NCBI GenBank assembly: GCA_963665115.1
Contig: OY762007.1
Span: 1,312,001-1,376,000, forward strand
From: an uncultured Rivularia sp.
GTDB lineage: Bacteria > Cyanobacteriota > Cyanobacteriia > Cyanobacteriales > Nostocaceae
DNA length: 64,000 nt
Direction of reading: 5' to 3'
A program made the translations under genes and the position numbers. Below, one piece after another: positions 63,971 through 64,000 of the stretch. Within the stretch, counting starts at the first letter, position 1. Every line of letters begins with the position of its first letter. A model generated the notes under the pieces. It was given only the letters and a program-made list of their open reading frames with translations, did not search any database and had not been told where the DNA came from.

Positions 63971-64000
63971 GTTTCTAATTGCCCTTTCGCTGCTTTAGCT
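63967..64000 (-). CDS. 3' end of an upstream gene overlapping the PIN start (GTGA); probably the DUF433-type antitoxin
   Basis: …AKAAKGQLET* with a 4-nt stop/start overlap. Identity inferred only from the usual DUF433-DUF5615 pairing. Confidence 0.45.
   Translation of the reverse strand, partial: AKAAKGQLET

Overview
64 kb of chromosome from a filamentous, probably heterocyst-forming cyanobacterium (Nostocales-like). The evidence is frequent HIP1 GCGATCGC octamers, 7-9 nt STRR tandem repeats in most spacers, and cyanobacterial genes such as cyAbrB and isiD. Most of the window is core or housekeeping: coaBC, purH, dapF, leuS, clpS, moaE, pyrR, cbiB, and a sigG/anti-sigma/L,D-transpeptidase/ComFB(CdgR)/M23 block. 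The notable parts are: (1) a rearranging tandem locus of secreted TPR-repeat genes with collapsed and truncated copies (6.5-12 kb); (2) a four-gene phosphorelay built around a dual-Cys DXCF cyanobacteriochrome (40.9-49.8 kb); (3) two tandem Yfr2-family sRNA genes separated by a MITE; (4) several small mobile elements with readable target-site duplications, one of them exactly on the start codon of an Rpn-family nuclease; (5) a serine-recombinase-family gene with degenerate catalytic motifs; (6) a PIN toxin cut by a single nonsense codon. Seven genes are split by 1-2 nt indels in short homopolymers, most likely assembly errors. I saw no CRISPR array, tRNA/rRNA, transposase, reverse transcriptase or prophage. 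All calls are from reading and motif recognition; no database searches were run.
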